DNA from: Lentisphaeria bacterium
GTDB lineage: Bacteria > Verrucomicrobiota > Lentisphaeria > JABSQK01 > JAWLHB01
Assembly: GCA_041690595.1 (NCBI GenBank)
Contig: JAWLHB010000040.1
Span: 1-64,000, forward strand
Direction of reading: 5' to 3'
DNA: 64,000 nucleotides
Positions 27,321-37,583 of this stretch are shown in pieces. The translations under genes were made by a program, and so were the position numbers. Each line of letters opens with the position of its first letter. Within the stretch, counting starts at the first letter, position 1. The notes under the pieces were generated by a model. The model was not told where the DNA came from and did no database searches. It saw only the letters and a list, made by a program, of their open reading frames with translations.

Positions 27321-30300
27321 ATGACCACCGCCGATCAAACTCCGCCTTCACCGACCAAACGCACCGGATGGAATATCGCCATCGGCCTGCTCTTTGTCCT
27401 CCTGAGCATGGCCCTCATCCATCTCTTCCTCGCCGTCTTTTCTCCAAAGCCCTACGAGCCCCCCACCCAACCCTTTCTCGGCTATGAACCGGACGCCATG
27501 CAGCAGTCGGTCCAGCCGGACAAAATCGCCGCCGAACTGGATACCATCCTCCAGATGGGCAATCGTTTCGTCGGCTATCCCGGATTCAACCAGGCCGCCG
27601 ACTACATCCGCCAGCGCTACGAAGCGGCCGGCCTCCGGATTATCGAGCAGAACATCAAGGTCCCCGCGCCCTATACCGAAATCGCCGAAGTCTCCACGGC
27701 CACCGCCGATCCACTCGACTTCTCCATCTATCCCCTGCTTCCCAATCACCTGCAGCCCATGACCACGGGCGACGGTTTCGTGCAGGGCAAGCTCCTGCGC
27801 GTCACCGAGGAGATGCTCTACGAGCGGCAATCCTTCGACAACTGCATCGCCCTCCTCGACGACGCCACGGCTCCCCCCGTCGGCTACGGGTACAATTGGG
27901 CCCGCTACGCCCGCCTGGGCTTCGTGGCCGTCATTGTGTCACATTCCGAAGGTCTTGACCAGATCAACTGGCCAGCCCTCAACGCGATGGTCTCCCTGGC
28001 ACCAGTCAACTACGTGCGCCTGGTTGCCGATCCGGCCGTATTCGATCATGTGGGCGAAGAGCTGCGCCTGAAGGTACGCGTCCGCTTTCGCAACACCCCC
28101 GTTCGGACCATCGTCGGCATACTCGAGGGCGGCCAGGCCGAGACCAACGAAGCCCTCGTCATTCCCGTCTCCTACGATGCGCTCTCCCATCTCCCGGATC
28201 TCTCCCCCGGCCCCTTCCAAGCCGTCAATCTCGCCCTTCAGCTCAAGCTGCTCGACGGCTTTGTGAAGTACCGCGACTCCCTCCGCAGGGATGTGATCTT
28301 CTGCGCTTTCGGCGCCCGCTCCATGGCCGGGGCAGCACAAAACGAGTTCCTGCGCGCCATCGGCGCCAACTCCGACGGTGCAAGGCGCATGTATGCGGAG
28401 AAGCAACTCGCCGAAAACCAGCACGCCCTGAAGCTAATGACCGAAATCCTCGCCCTCTTTGACGATCCATCCTTCCTGCAGGACGCCGCCGCCAGCGTGA
28501 CCAGTGTTTCCCAGCTCCCGAAGGAAGAACGGGCGATCTTCGACAAGCAGTATCAATACTCCCTCAACACCGTCGTCTTCGAGCTTTCCGAGCAGATGAT
28601 GTATGACAAGATCATCTTCGAAAAAGGCGACACCACCGACCTGGAGACGCCCGAATACCAGCGCTACTTCAACTCCAAGGAGATCTACGAGCGCGCCTTT
28701 TCCTCCGCCGGCTATCCACTGGTCAAACTCCTCGAACGACGACCCGACTTCATTCTGGATTACCGCATCCGCCAGCGCCTGCTGGAGCGTTTCCAGGAAC
28801 TGAGCGACTATCACACCGAGCAGGTGCACTTCCAAACGACCAACATCGAGCTCCACGGCCTGATGCGCGGCTACCGCCATTTTGCCGCCTTCGCTCCAGA
28901 ACTGGCCCCATCAGAGAAAGAGGCAGAGCGCGAGGTCATCTCCTTCAGTATGGGGTGGCTCAGCAACCAGCAGGATCATGAGCAGGTGACCAAAGATGTG
29001 ATCATGAGTTCCATTGCGCGGCTCCGACTGAAGGAGAACGCGTCACTCTGGCTCGCGGACAGTCCGAAAACGCATGCGAACCAGATCCATGGCATGGTCA
29101 GCGGCATGCAACTGCTCTCGCGCTACTGGTACACGGCCCAGTATCCCGCCTTCAGCATCGTCAATACCGACCGCTCCTACCGTGAACACGCCTCGCCCGT
29201 CGTCCTGCCGTGGATGACCGATATCTCCCGGTTGCGGCATTCTGCCGGCGTCCTGGCCGAATCGCTCCTCTCCGTCGCCCACGGCACCGGCGAGTTGAAC
29301 CCGGTGAAGCAGTCTGGCGCCGGTATCGCCGACCACTTCGGAACCGTCTACGTCTCCAACGTCGGCCAGTCGATCATCCCCAATTATCCGCTCAAGGGGG
29401 CCTTGGTCTGCGACAAGGGACAGACGGCGGCGCTATGGGCTCCCAAGAACGGCACTTTCCCAGGGCTGATGCAATTCACCAATCCCTACGGCCGCTATGA
29501 CCTGACGCACTGTATCGGCGATTTTGTCGAAAGCCGATGGGGTTTCCATCCGGTGGCAGCGGGCTATGCCAGTAACGGCATCATCAACATCATCAAGGAT
29601 GAAGGCGGCCCCGCTCAGAAAATCTTCAAGTCGACCAACCTGCGCGCCTCGGATATCTCCGACGCCGTCAATATCGTCACCTTCCGCTGCAGTCCCGTCA
29701 CGCTGCTCGACCTCATCAACCCGCAGACCCTCCAGGCCTACGCTGGGGCCGAGTTCATTCGTCGCCGTGGCCTGACCACCTTCCCCAGCATCTACGAGCT
29801 TCGCCTCGGCCAGGACCTCATCAGCGCCTTCATCAAGCCCGACGAGTACTTCTACGTCAAGCTCAAATCCGGCTCCATCGACAACGAGATGGTGCAGGAG
29901 ACACGCGCCTTCATGCTCGGCGTCAACCTGGAAGAGTTGGAGGAGGTCAGCGACGATGAGCATGCGCCGCTCCGCATGGGCAATGAGATCCGGGGTGACG
30001 GCTATCTCGCCATGGAGACCCCCTTCGTCCGCGATGTGCCCAACGAAGTGGCCAAGTCGATGAGCTTTGTCAACGCCCAGAGACTCAAGCTGCAGCAACA
30101 CTACAACATGGTCGATGACCGCACCGTCCAGTTCCACCAGCGCGCTCAGGAGCTGATCGAAGAAGCCACCGCCACCCAATTGCCGAAGCACGAGTCGATT
30201 CAACTGGCGCGCGGCGCCGTCACGTATGCAACGCTCAACCACCCCGTGCTGCGCGAGAACATCAGCGAGGCCGTGATCGGCATCGTCTTTTATCTATGCC

Positions 30301-32486
30301 TCCTGGTCCCCTTTGTCTTCTTCTTCGAAAAACTCATCTTCGGCTTCACCGACATCCGCAAGCAGCTCGCGGCGCACGTAGTGACCTTCCTCATCGTCTT
30401 TCTCCTCCTGCGCATTCTCCATCCCGCTTTCTCCATGATCCGCTCCTCGCTGATGATCCTCCTCGGCTTCATCATTCTCCTCATTGCGACGGGCATCATC
30501 GCGATGTTCTCAAGCAAGTTCAAGGAGAATCTGGAGGCCATTCGCAAGCAGCGGGGGCAGGTGAGCGAAGCGGACGTCAACAAGTTTGGGGCCATCGCCA
30601 TCGCCTTCATGCTCGGCCTCAACAACATGCATCGGCGCCGGGTGCGCACCCTGCTCACCTGCGGTACCCTCATCCTCATCACCTTCGTCATCATTTGTTT
30701 CACCTCGATACGCAGCAACCTGGTGGAGAAATCGCAGGCGGTCGGTCGCGCCCCGTATCAGGGTTTCCTGGCCCGCAATGAAGATTATATCCCCATGCAG
30801 ACGCCGGAGCTCTCCGCCCTGCAGGACGAGTACAACCAGCAGTACACGGTGGTGCCCCGCTACATGTATGTCGGCATCGAGGAATTCGAGAACCGCGAGC
30901 GCTACTATCCCCAGCTGGAAGTTGTCCGGAAGTTGGATGATCGTACCCGCAATGCCTTTGCCAACACTCTCCTGCGCCTTGGCTCCCAGGAACCGCTTGC
31001 CCGGCACCTGCCGCTGCAGGGACGCTGGTTCACCCGCGAACAGGAGACCGACACCTCCCTCACCATTCCGCTCCTCGTCTCGCGCAAGATCGCCAGCGCC
31101 CTCTCCATCGACGCCTCAACCCTGGAGAATCTCGGCCAGGAAATCGACGGCGAACCCTTCCACGGCTTCGAGGTGACCATCAACGGGCAGAATTTCCTGG
31201 TACAGGGGGTCTTTCTCGGCGCCGATCTGGATGGCTTGCTCGATCTGGATGGCCGCAATCTGCTCCCCTTCGACGTCAAGTCCGTCAACCAGCTGAACTT
31301 CCACAACAGCGATCAGAACTATCCCATCGCGCCAGACGATTCACCCCAGATCGCCGGTGAAGATGCCATCATCATGCCGCTGCGCGATCCGGGACTGACC
31401 ATTCAACGCGGCTATGAGCGCATCAGCTCCGTCGCCGTCGTCCTGCCGGACGATCTGCCGTACAGCACCACCAAGAAGGTCATCGACAGCTACATGGAGC
31501 AGCGCGGCAAAGAGACCTTCTACGGCCTGGACAAGTATTCCTTCTCCGGCATGATCGCCCGTAAACGTTCCTTCGTCGGCCTGCTCGACATGCTGGTCCC
31601 CTTGATCATTGCCGCCTTCACCGTCCTCAACACCATCCGCGGCTCCGTCTTCGAACGGCGCGAAGAGATCTTCGTCTACAATGCCGTCGGCATTGCGCCG
31701 CGTCATATCTTCTTCATCTTCTTCGCCGAATCGATCGTCTATGCCGTCGTCGGCTCCGTCCTCGGCTACCTCCTCAGCCAGGGCACCGGGCGGATCCTGA
31801 CCGCGCTCGATCTTACCGGCGGCCTCAACATGAGCTTCACCTCCATCGGCACCATCTACGCCTCGGTCGTCATCATGGTCGCCGTCTTCCTCTCCACCAT
31901 CTTCCCTGCTTTTGCGGCCAAGCGCATCGCGGCGCCAAGCACGGATGTCGGCTGGCATCTTCCACCGCCAGAGGTCGATGTCCTGCGCTTCAACCTTCCC
32001 TTCACGTTCAACTACAGCGACCGCGTCGGCGTTCTCGAATTCTTCCGACGCTTCTTTGTCGACCACGGCGAAGGCAGTTCGGGCCCCTTCTTTGCCGGTA
32101 AACCGGAGTTCGGCGTCTTCTCTGACGAGGATGGAGACGGCTATGTGCCGCAGTTATCCGTGATGGTCTGGCTCAAGCCCTTCGACCTGGGCGTATCCCA
32201 GCGCCTCATCATCTCGCTGCCCACCGATTCGGAAACGGGCGAGTACATCGCCAACATCACGCTCTTGCGTCAGTCCGGCACGCTGGACAACTGGCGGCGG
32301 CTCAACGTCCAATTCGTCCGGCTGCTGCGTCGTCAGTTCCTGCATTGGCGAGCCGTGCGTACGGAAGAGCGCCTGGTCATGTTCGAGGAAGCCCGCCGGC
32401 GGTTGAGCGATACGGTCCTGGCCACCGGTGCTCTTCAGCCACCCACTGCCAGTATCACGTCCCAGCCGGGAGGCCTCGATGGCTAG
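27321..32486 (+). CDS. 1721-aa fusion: PA/M28-peptidase-like ectodomain plus MacB/FtsX-type ABC permease
   Basis: VIPVSYDA...RRDVIFCAFGA (M28-like), NMHRRRVRTLLT (MacB TM1), SVFERREEIFVYNAVG (FtsX domain). Confidence 0.8.
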   Translation: MTTADQTPPSPTKRTGWNIAIGLLFVLLSMALIHLFLAVFSPKPYEPPTQPFLGYEPDAMQQSVQPDKIAAELDTILQMGNRFVGYPGFNQAADYIRQRYEAAGLRIIEQNIKVPAPYTEIAEVSTATADPLDFSIYPLLPNHLQPMTTGDGFVQGKLLRVTEEMLYERQSFDNCIALLDDATAPPVGYGYNWARYARLGFVAVIVSHSEGLDQINWPALNAMVSLAPVNYVRLVADPAVFDHVGEELRLKVRVRFRNTPVRTIVGILEGGQAETNEALVIPVSYDALSHLPDLSPGPFQAVNLALQLKLLDGFVKYRDSLRRDVIFCAFGARSMAGAAQNEFLRAIGANSDGARRMYAEKQLAENQHALKLMTEILALFDDPSFLQDAAASVTSVSQLPKEERAIFDKQYQYSLNTVVFELSEQMMYDKIIFEKGDTTDLETPEYQRYFNSKEIYERAFSSAGYPLVKLLERRPDFILDYRIRQRLLERFQELSDYHTEQVHFQTTNIELHGLMRGYRHFAAFAPELAPSEKEAEREVISFSMGWLSNQQDHEQVTKDVIMSSIARLRLKENASLWLADSPKTHANQIHGMVSGMQLLSRYWYTAQYPAFSIVNTDRSYREHASPVVLPWMTDISRLRHSAGVLAESLLSVAHGTGELNPVKQSGAGIADHFGTVYVSNVGQSIIPNYPLKGALVCDKGQTAALWAPKNGTFPGLMQFTNPYGRYDLTHCIGDFVESRWGFHPVAAGYASNGIINIIKDEGGPAQKIFKSTNLRASDISDAVNIVTFRCSPVTLLDLINPQTLQAYAGAEFIRRRGLTTFPSIYELRLGQDLISAFIKPDEYFYVKLKSGSIDNEMVQETRAFMLGVNLEELEEVSDDEHAPLRMGNEIRGDGYLAMETPFVRDVPNEVAKSMSFVNAQRLKLQQHYNMVDDRTVQFHQRAQELIEEATATQLPKHESIQLARGAVTYATLNHPVLRENISEAVIGIVFYLCLLVPFVFFFEKLIFGFTDIRKQLAAHVVTFLIVFLLLRILHPAFSMIRSSLMILLGFIILLIATGIIAMFSSKFKENLEAIRKQRGQVSEADVNKFGAIAIAFMLGLNNMHRRRVRTLLTCGTLILITFVIICFTSIRSNLVEKSQAVGRAPYQGFLARNEDYIPMQTPELSALQDEYNQQYTVVPRYMYVGIEEFENRERYYPQLEVVRKLDDRTRNAFANTLLRLGSQEPLARHLPLQGRWFTREQETDTSLTIPLLVSRKIASALSIDASTLENLGQEIDGEPFHGFEVTINGQNFLVQGVFLGADLDGLLDLDGRNLLPFDVKSVNQLNFHNSDQNYPIAPDDSPQIAGEDAIIMPLRDPGLTIQRGYERISSVAVVLPDDLPYSTTKKVIDSYMEQRGKETFYGLDKYSFSGMIARKRSFVGLLDMLVPLIIAAFTVLNTIRGSVFERREEIFVYNAVGIAPRHIFFIFFAESIVYAVVGSVLGYLLSQGTGRILTALDLTGGLNMSFTSIGTIYASVVIMVAVFLSTIFPAFAAKRIAAPSTDVGWHLPPPEVDVLRFNLPFTFNYSDRVGVLEFFRRFFVDHGEGSSGPFFAGKPEFGVFSDEDGDGYVPQLSVMVWLKPFDLGVSQRLIISLPTDSETGEYIANITLLRQSGTLDNWRRLNVQFVRLLRRQFLHWRAVRTEERLVMFEEARRRLSDTVLATGALQPPTASITSQPGGLDG

Positions 32487-34641
32487 CGCCAGCCCCATTC
32501 ACGACAAAGAACTCGAGCAATACCGAAATCTGCTCGCCACGCCGACCGAGTTCAAGGATGGCTTCGGTTGGTCGACCGTTGCCGGCATCTTCTTCTGCGG
32601 CCTGGTCATGCTGCCCGGCTCCATCTATCTCGGCTTGATGACCGGCGGCAACATGGGTGCGGCCGGTACCTGGGTGACGGTCATTCTCTTTGCGCAGATC
32701 GCCCGCCGTGCGTTGCGTACCATGTCGAAGCAGGAGCTGGTGGTTCTCCTCCATGCGGCAACCTTCATGGTGGCCGCCAACGCCATGTTCCCCGGCGGCC
32801 CCTTTGCCAACCTCGTCTATCGCGCCTTCCTGGTCACCAGTGAAGCCGCTCGCGATGCCAACATGCAGGGCAGTTTCCCTTCTTGGTATTCACCACCGCC
32901 CGACAGCGCGGCCATCGCCGAGCGCACCCTCTTCCATCGCGACTGGATCGTGCCCATCCTTCTGCTCTTCTTCATGAGCATTATCGGCTTTGTCCGCCGC
33001 TACACACTCGGCTATTTCTTCTTCCGTCTCACGTCGGACGTGGAGAACCTGCCCTTCCCACTGGCACCGATCGCCGCGCAGGGCGCCATGGCCATGGCTG
33101 AAATGGATGAGAGCGACGGCCAGAGCCCGGCCGCCAAGGAGGCCGAGGAGAAGGCGAAGGGGAGCGAATCGGCGAGCGATACCGATCGGCTTGCCACCGG
33201 CAAATCCTTCAAGCGCAAAGGATCCCAACGCTGGCGCCTCTTCTCTCTCGGCGCCACCATCGGCCTGGCCTTCGGCTTCCTCCAGGTGGGCATACCAGCC
33301 ATTTCCGGCCTTTTCCTCGAGTCCCCCATCTTCATCATCCCCCAGCCCTTCATCGACACCACCGTCTTCACCGAAGGGCTGCTGCCCGCCACTCCCACCG
33401 GTATTGCCCTCGATCTGGGCGTGATTCTGCTCGGCATGGTCCTCCCCTTCTGGGCTGTCATGGGCTCCTTCATCGCCATCGCCCTGACCATGATCATGAA
33501 CCCCATTCTGCATGGCGCCGAGGTGCTCACCAAGTGGCAGAACGGCATGGATACCGTCAACACCATCTTTGCCAACCGCATGGACTTCTGGCTCAGCTTC
33601 AGCATCGGGGCAGGTCTGGGCATTGCCGCCGTCAGCGTCTACTCCAGTATTCGTGACGTCCGCAAGAAGATGAAGGAGTACAAGGGCAAGCGAGCGGAGA
33701 CGCGCCGCCAGGGACTGGCAGCGGTCGAAGGCGAAGAGAGCATCTGGGCAACCCCTCAGGTCAACCGTGGCGACTATCCCCTCTGGATCGCCGTCATCGT
33801 TTATGCGCTTACCTCCGTCGCGGTAATCGTGCTCTGCCGCATGCTCGTCGACGTGCCGGTTCTCTTCCTCGTCTTCTTCGCCTTCGTCTACAACCCCTTC
33901 ATCTCCTACGTCAATGCCCGCCTCCTCGGTATCGCGGGTCAGAACATCGACATCCCCTTCATCAAGGAGACCTCCTTCATCCTCTCCGGCGCGAAGGGCG
34001 TCGAGATCTGGTTGGCCCCGATCCCGATCGAGAACTATGGCGGCATGGCACAGGCCTTCCGCGTCAATGAACTGACCGGGGTCAATTTCTTCTCCCTCAT
34101 CAAGGCGGACATTGTTGCCCTGCCTATTCTCTTTCTCCTCTCCTTCACCTTCTGGGCTTTCATCTGGAAATCGGGCCCGATTCCATCTGACGCCTATCCC
34201 TATGCGCAGATCCATTGGGAACTGGCATCCAAGGAAAACGTGCTCCTCTTCTCATCGACCTTTATTCCCCCCGGCAGCAGCGCGGAAGAGGTGAGCATTC
34301 TCGACAGCCAGTTCATGCGCGAGGCCGTACATCCCAAAGTCATCGGCAGCGGCTTCTTCTTCACGGTGATTGCCTTTACCCTCCTCAGCACCTTCGGTTT
34401 GCCGGTGATGCTGGTGTATGGATTTATTCGAGGGCTTGGACAAATACCCCATATCATGGTATTGGAGATTATCGGCGCGTTGATTGGCAGATACTATTTT
34501 CAGAAGAAATTTGGAACTCAGAACTTCCTGCGCATGATCCCAGTGGTCATGGCAGGCTATTTCACCGGAGTGGGCCTCATCAGTATGGCCACCATTGCCA
34601 TGAACCTCATCCAGCAAGCGGTCAGCAGTGCACCGTTCTGA
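32479..34641 (+). CDS. OPT-like 'peptide transporter' membrane protein
   Basis: ATG at 32479 with GGAGG RBS. Many TM helices. PGSIYLGL, WVTVILF, LSKQE-like, DVENLPFPLAP motifs. Confidence 0.72.
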   Translation: MASASPIHDKELEQYRNLLATPTEFKDGFGWSTVAGIFFCGLVMLPGSIYLGLMTGGNMGAAGTWVTVILFAQIARRALRTMSKQELVVLLHAATFMVAANAMFPGGPFANLVYRAFLVTSEAARDANMQGSFPSWYSPPPDSAAIAERTLFHRDWIVPILLLFFMSIIGFVRRYTLGYFFFRLTSDVENLPFPLAPIAAQGAMAMAEMDESDGQSPAAKEAEEKAKGSESASDTDRLATGKSFKRKGSQRWRLFSLGATIGLAFGFLQVGIPAISGLFLESPIFIIPQPFIDTTVFTEGLLPATPTGIALDLGVILLGMVLPFWAVMGSFIAIALTMIMNPILHGAEVLTKWQNGMDTVNTIFANRMDFWLSFSIGAGLGIAAVSVYSSIRDVRKKMKEYKGKRAETRRQGLAAVEGEESIWATPQVNRGDYPLWIAVIVYALTSVAVIVLCRMLVDVPVLFLVFFAFVYNPFISYVNARLLGIAGQNIDIPFIKETSFILSGAKGVEIWLAPIPIENYGGMAQAFRVNELTGVNFFSLIKADIVALPILFLLSFTFWAFIWKSGPIPSDAYPYAQIHWELASKENVLLFSSTFIPPGSSAEEVSILDSQFMREAVHPKVIGSGFFFTVIAFTLLSTFGLPVMLVYGFIRGLGQIPHIMVLEIIGALIGRYYFQKKFGTQNFLRMIPVVMAGYFTGVGLISMATIAMNLIQQAVSSAPF

Positions 34642-34644
34642 CGC

Positions 34645-35670
34645 ATGATTAAATCCCAGATCAAACTTCCCATTTCCGTCGCCTTCAGCGTCTCCTTCCA
34701 AGGCATCAAGGTGCGCTTCGCGCGCTCCGTGGTCACCGTCACGGGCGTCATGCTGGGCATCGCCTTCCTCATGTCCATCCTCACCGGGCAAGTCATCAAG
34801 CGGGGCGTGGCCCAGGAAGAAGAGCTGCGCAGCGAAGTGAGGCGCATGCTCAATTTCCTGGCCGCCGAGATGGGCCCCGTCCGCGGCCGCACCATTGGTG
34901 TCGTGCGGAACGGCCCCCTCAGCCTGCAGGAGAGTCGCCTGCTGCGCCGCCTTTCCGAAGGTCAGCCGGAAGCGCTGCGCGTTGCGGTAATCGACGAAAG
35001 TGAGAACCTTCGCCTCCCCGACAAAGCCGAGCGCGTCCCCCTGTCGGAGGTCGGCAGCAATGCCAATGCCGTGATCGTCATGGGCGACGCGGATACTCAG
35101 GCGCTCGATCTGCGCGAGCTGACCGCCGGCGCCCGCTATCCCATGGTCTGTTTCACCCGCCAACAGCACACCATCCAGCCGGCGGAGAATGTGCGCACGG
35201 TCAAACTGGAGCGAGAGATCCCGGAAGATGAAGTTTATCGCCGGATCGAGCAGGCGGGGATGGAACGCACCCGCGGCATCTGGATCGTCGTCATCTCCCT
35301 GCTGGTGACGGTGATCGGCATCACCAACTCGATGCTCATGTCGGTAACGGAGCGCTTCCGGGAGATCGGCACCATGAAGTGCCTGGGCGCCCTCTCCAGC
35401 TTCATCCGCCAGCTCTTCCTGATCGAATCGAGCCTGATCGGCCTCGTCGGGGCTTTCCTCGGCGCCGTGGTGGGAATGGTCTTCTCGTTTTTCGCCTACT
35501 GGCTGACCTATCAGTGGCTCGTCTTCCAGGCGGTGAATGTGGGCTTGCTGGCCATCTTCTTCGTTGCCTCACTGGTCGTAGGTGTGATCCTGGCCGTGCT
35601 TGCGGCAATCTACCCCGCCAAGTTCGCGTCGAACATGCTTCCCGCGCATGCCCTGAGGAGCACCATCTGA
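34645..35670 (+). CDS. FtsX/MacB-family ABC permease
   Basis: GIKVRFARSVVT, ITNSMLMSVTERFREIGTMKCLGA, AAIYPA. Confidence 0.88.
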   Translation: MIKSQIKLPISVAFSVSFQGIKVRFARSVVTVTGVMLGIAFLMSILTGQVIKRGVAQEEELRSEVRRMLNFLAAEMGPVRGRTIGVVRNGPLSLQESRLLRRLSEGQPEALRVAVIDESENLRLPDKAERVPLSEVGSNANAVIVMGDADTQALDLRELTAGARYPMVCFTRQQHTIQPAENVRTVKLEREIPEDEVYRRIEQAGMERTRGIWIVVISLLVTVIGITNSMLMSVTERFREIGTMKCLGALSSFIRQLFLIESSLIGLVGAFLGAVVGMVFSFFAYWLTYQWLVFQAVNVGLLAIFFVASLVVGVILAVLAAIYPAKFASNMLPAHALRSTI

Positions 35671-36446
35671 TGTCACTCGATGCCGCCAAACTGGAAGCGC
35701 TCTTCACCCCTCCCGCGGTTGCCGAACGCCCCTGCGTGATCCGCGCGGTCGACGTCAAGAAGATCTACAAGATGGGCGACCTCGAAACCCACGCCTTGCG
35801 CGGCGCCACCGTCGACATCTACAAGGGCGAATACCTCTCCATCATGGGCCCCTCCGGCTCCGGCAAAACCACCCTCTTCAACATGATCGGCGGCCTCAGC
35901 AAACCGACTTCGGGCAAAGTCTACATCGACCAGGTCGACGTGGCGCAGCTCGACCACATGGAGCTTGCCTGGCTGCGTTGCCGCAAGATCGGCTACATCT
36001 TTCAGAGTTACCACCTGATCCAGGTGATGACCTGCCTGGAGAATGTCATCCTGCCCATGAGCTTCGCCGGCATGGAGAGCGAAGAAGCGCGGGACAAGGG
36101 TGTCTTCCTGCTGAAGCTGGTGGGCCTCGGCGATCGCGCGCTTCACAAACCGACCGAACTCTCCGGCGGTCAGCAGCAGCGCGTGGCCATTGCCCGGGCG
36201 CTGGCCAACAGCCCCGAGATCGTGCTGGCCGACGAACCGACCGCCAACCTCGATTCCATCACCGGCGAAGAGATCATCGAGCTGCTCTACCGGCTGAAAG
36301 ACGAGCTGGGGGTAACCATCATCTCCGCCACCCATGACCTCAAGATGCTGCAACGCTCCGATCGCATCTGCTGGATCAGCGACGGGCGCATCGAGAAGAT
36401 GGCTCAGCCCAGCGAAATAGACTTCACCAGCAACGAGTTCCACTGA
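35670..36446 (+). CDS. ABC ATPase, LolD/MacB family
   Basis: TGATG-coupled start. [35 protein letters not shown]. Confidence 0.93.
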   Translation: MSLDAAKLEALFTPPAVAERPCVIRAVDVKKIYKMGDLETHALRGATVDIYKGEYLSIMGPSGSGKTTLFNMIGGLSKPTSGKVYIDQVDVAQLDHMELAWLRCRKIGYIFQSYHLIQVMTCLENVILPMSFAGMESEEARDKGVFLLKLVGLGDRALHKPTELSGGQQQRVAIARALANSPEIVLADEPTANLDSITGEEIIELLYRLKDELGVTIISATHDLKMLQRSDRICWISDGRIEKMAQPSEIDFTSNEFH

Positions 36447-36852
36447 TGTTCGGCTTCCGCACCAAGAAAAAACGCCCGCCCGGCTCCCGGCGATTGCAGG
36501 ATGTACAGAATCCTCTGGAGATCGTTCCCGCCAAGGGCACCGGCGCCGAGTGGAAAGAGATCGAAGGCGGCATCCGCGTGCGCTTCCGCCTGCCCGATCG
36601 CAACAAAATCGAACGGTGGACAGCCCGCGTTTTCGGCATGAAGCGACAGGCCGAGATCAACTTCGATCAAATGGGCTCCGCCTACTGGCGCCTCCTTGAC
36701 GGCAAGCGCAACCTGCGTCAGATCGCCCACCGCCTCGGCAAGGAGTTCGACCTGCAGGATGAAAAGAGCCGGGAAGCCACCGTTACCTTCACCAAGCAGT
36801 TGCTGATGCGCGGCATCATCACCATTCGACTCACCGATCAGGAGCAGCAGGC

Positions 36853-36868
<16 letters not shown>
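36446..36868 (+). CDS. PqqD-like (RiPP-recognition-element fold) protein
   Basis: FDQMGSAYWRLLDGKRNLRQIAHRL...FTKQLLMRGII matches the PqqD pattern. TGATG-coupled start. Confidence 0.72.
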
Positions 36869-37575
<707 letters not shown>

Positions 37576-37583
37576 CAGCCGGC

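Noticed and set aside
35379..35669. N-terminal extension of the first ABC ATPase
   Set aside because: Overlaps the FtsX permease out of frame. The TGATG-coupled ATG at 35670 is the likely start.
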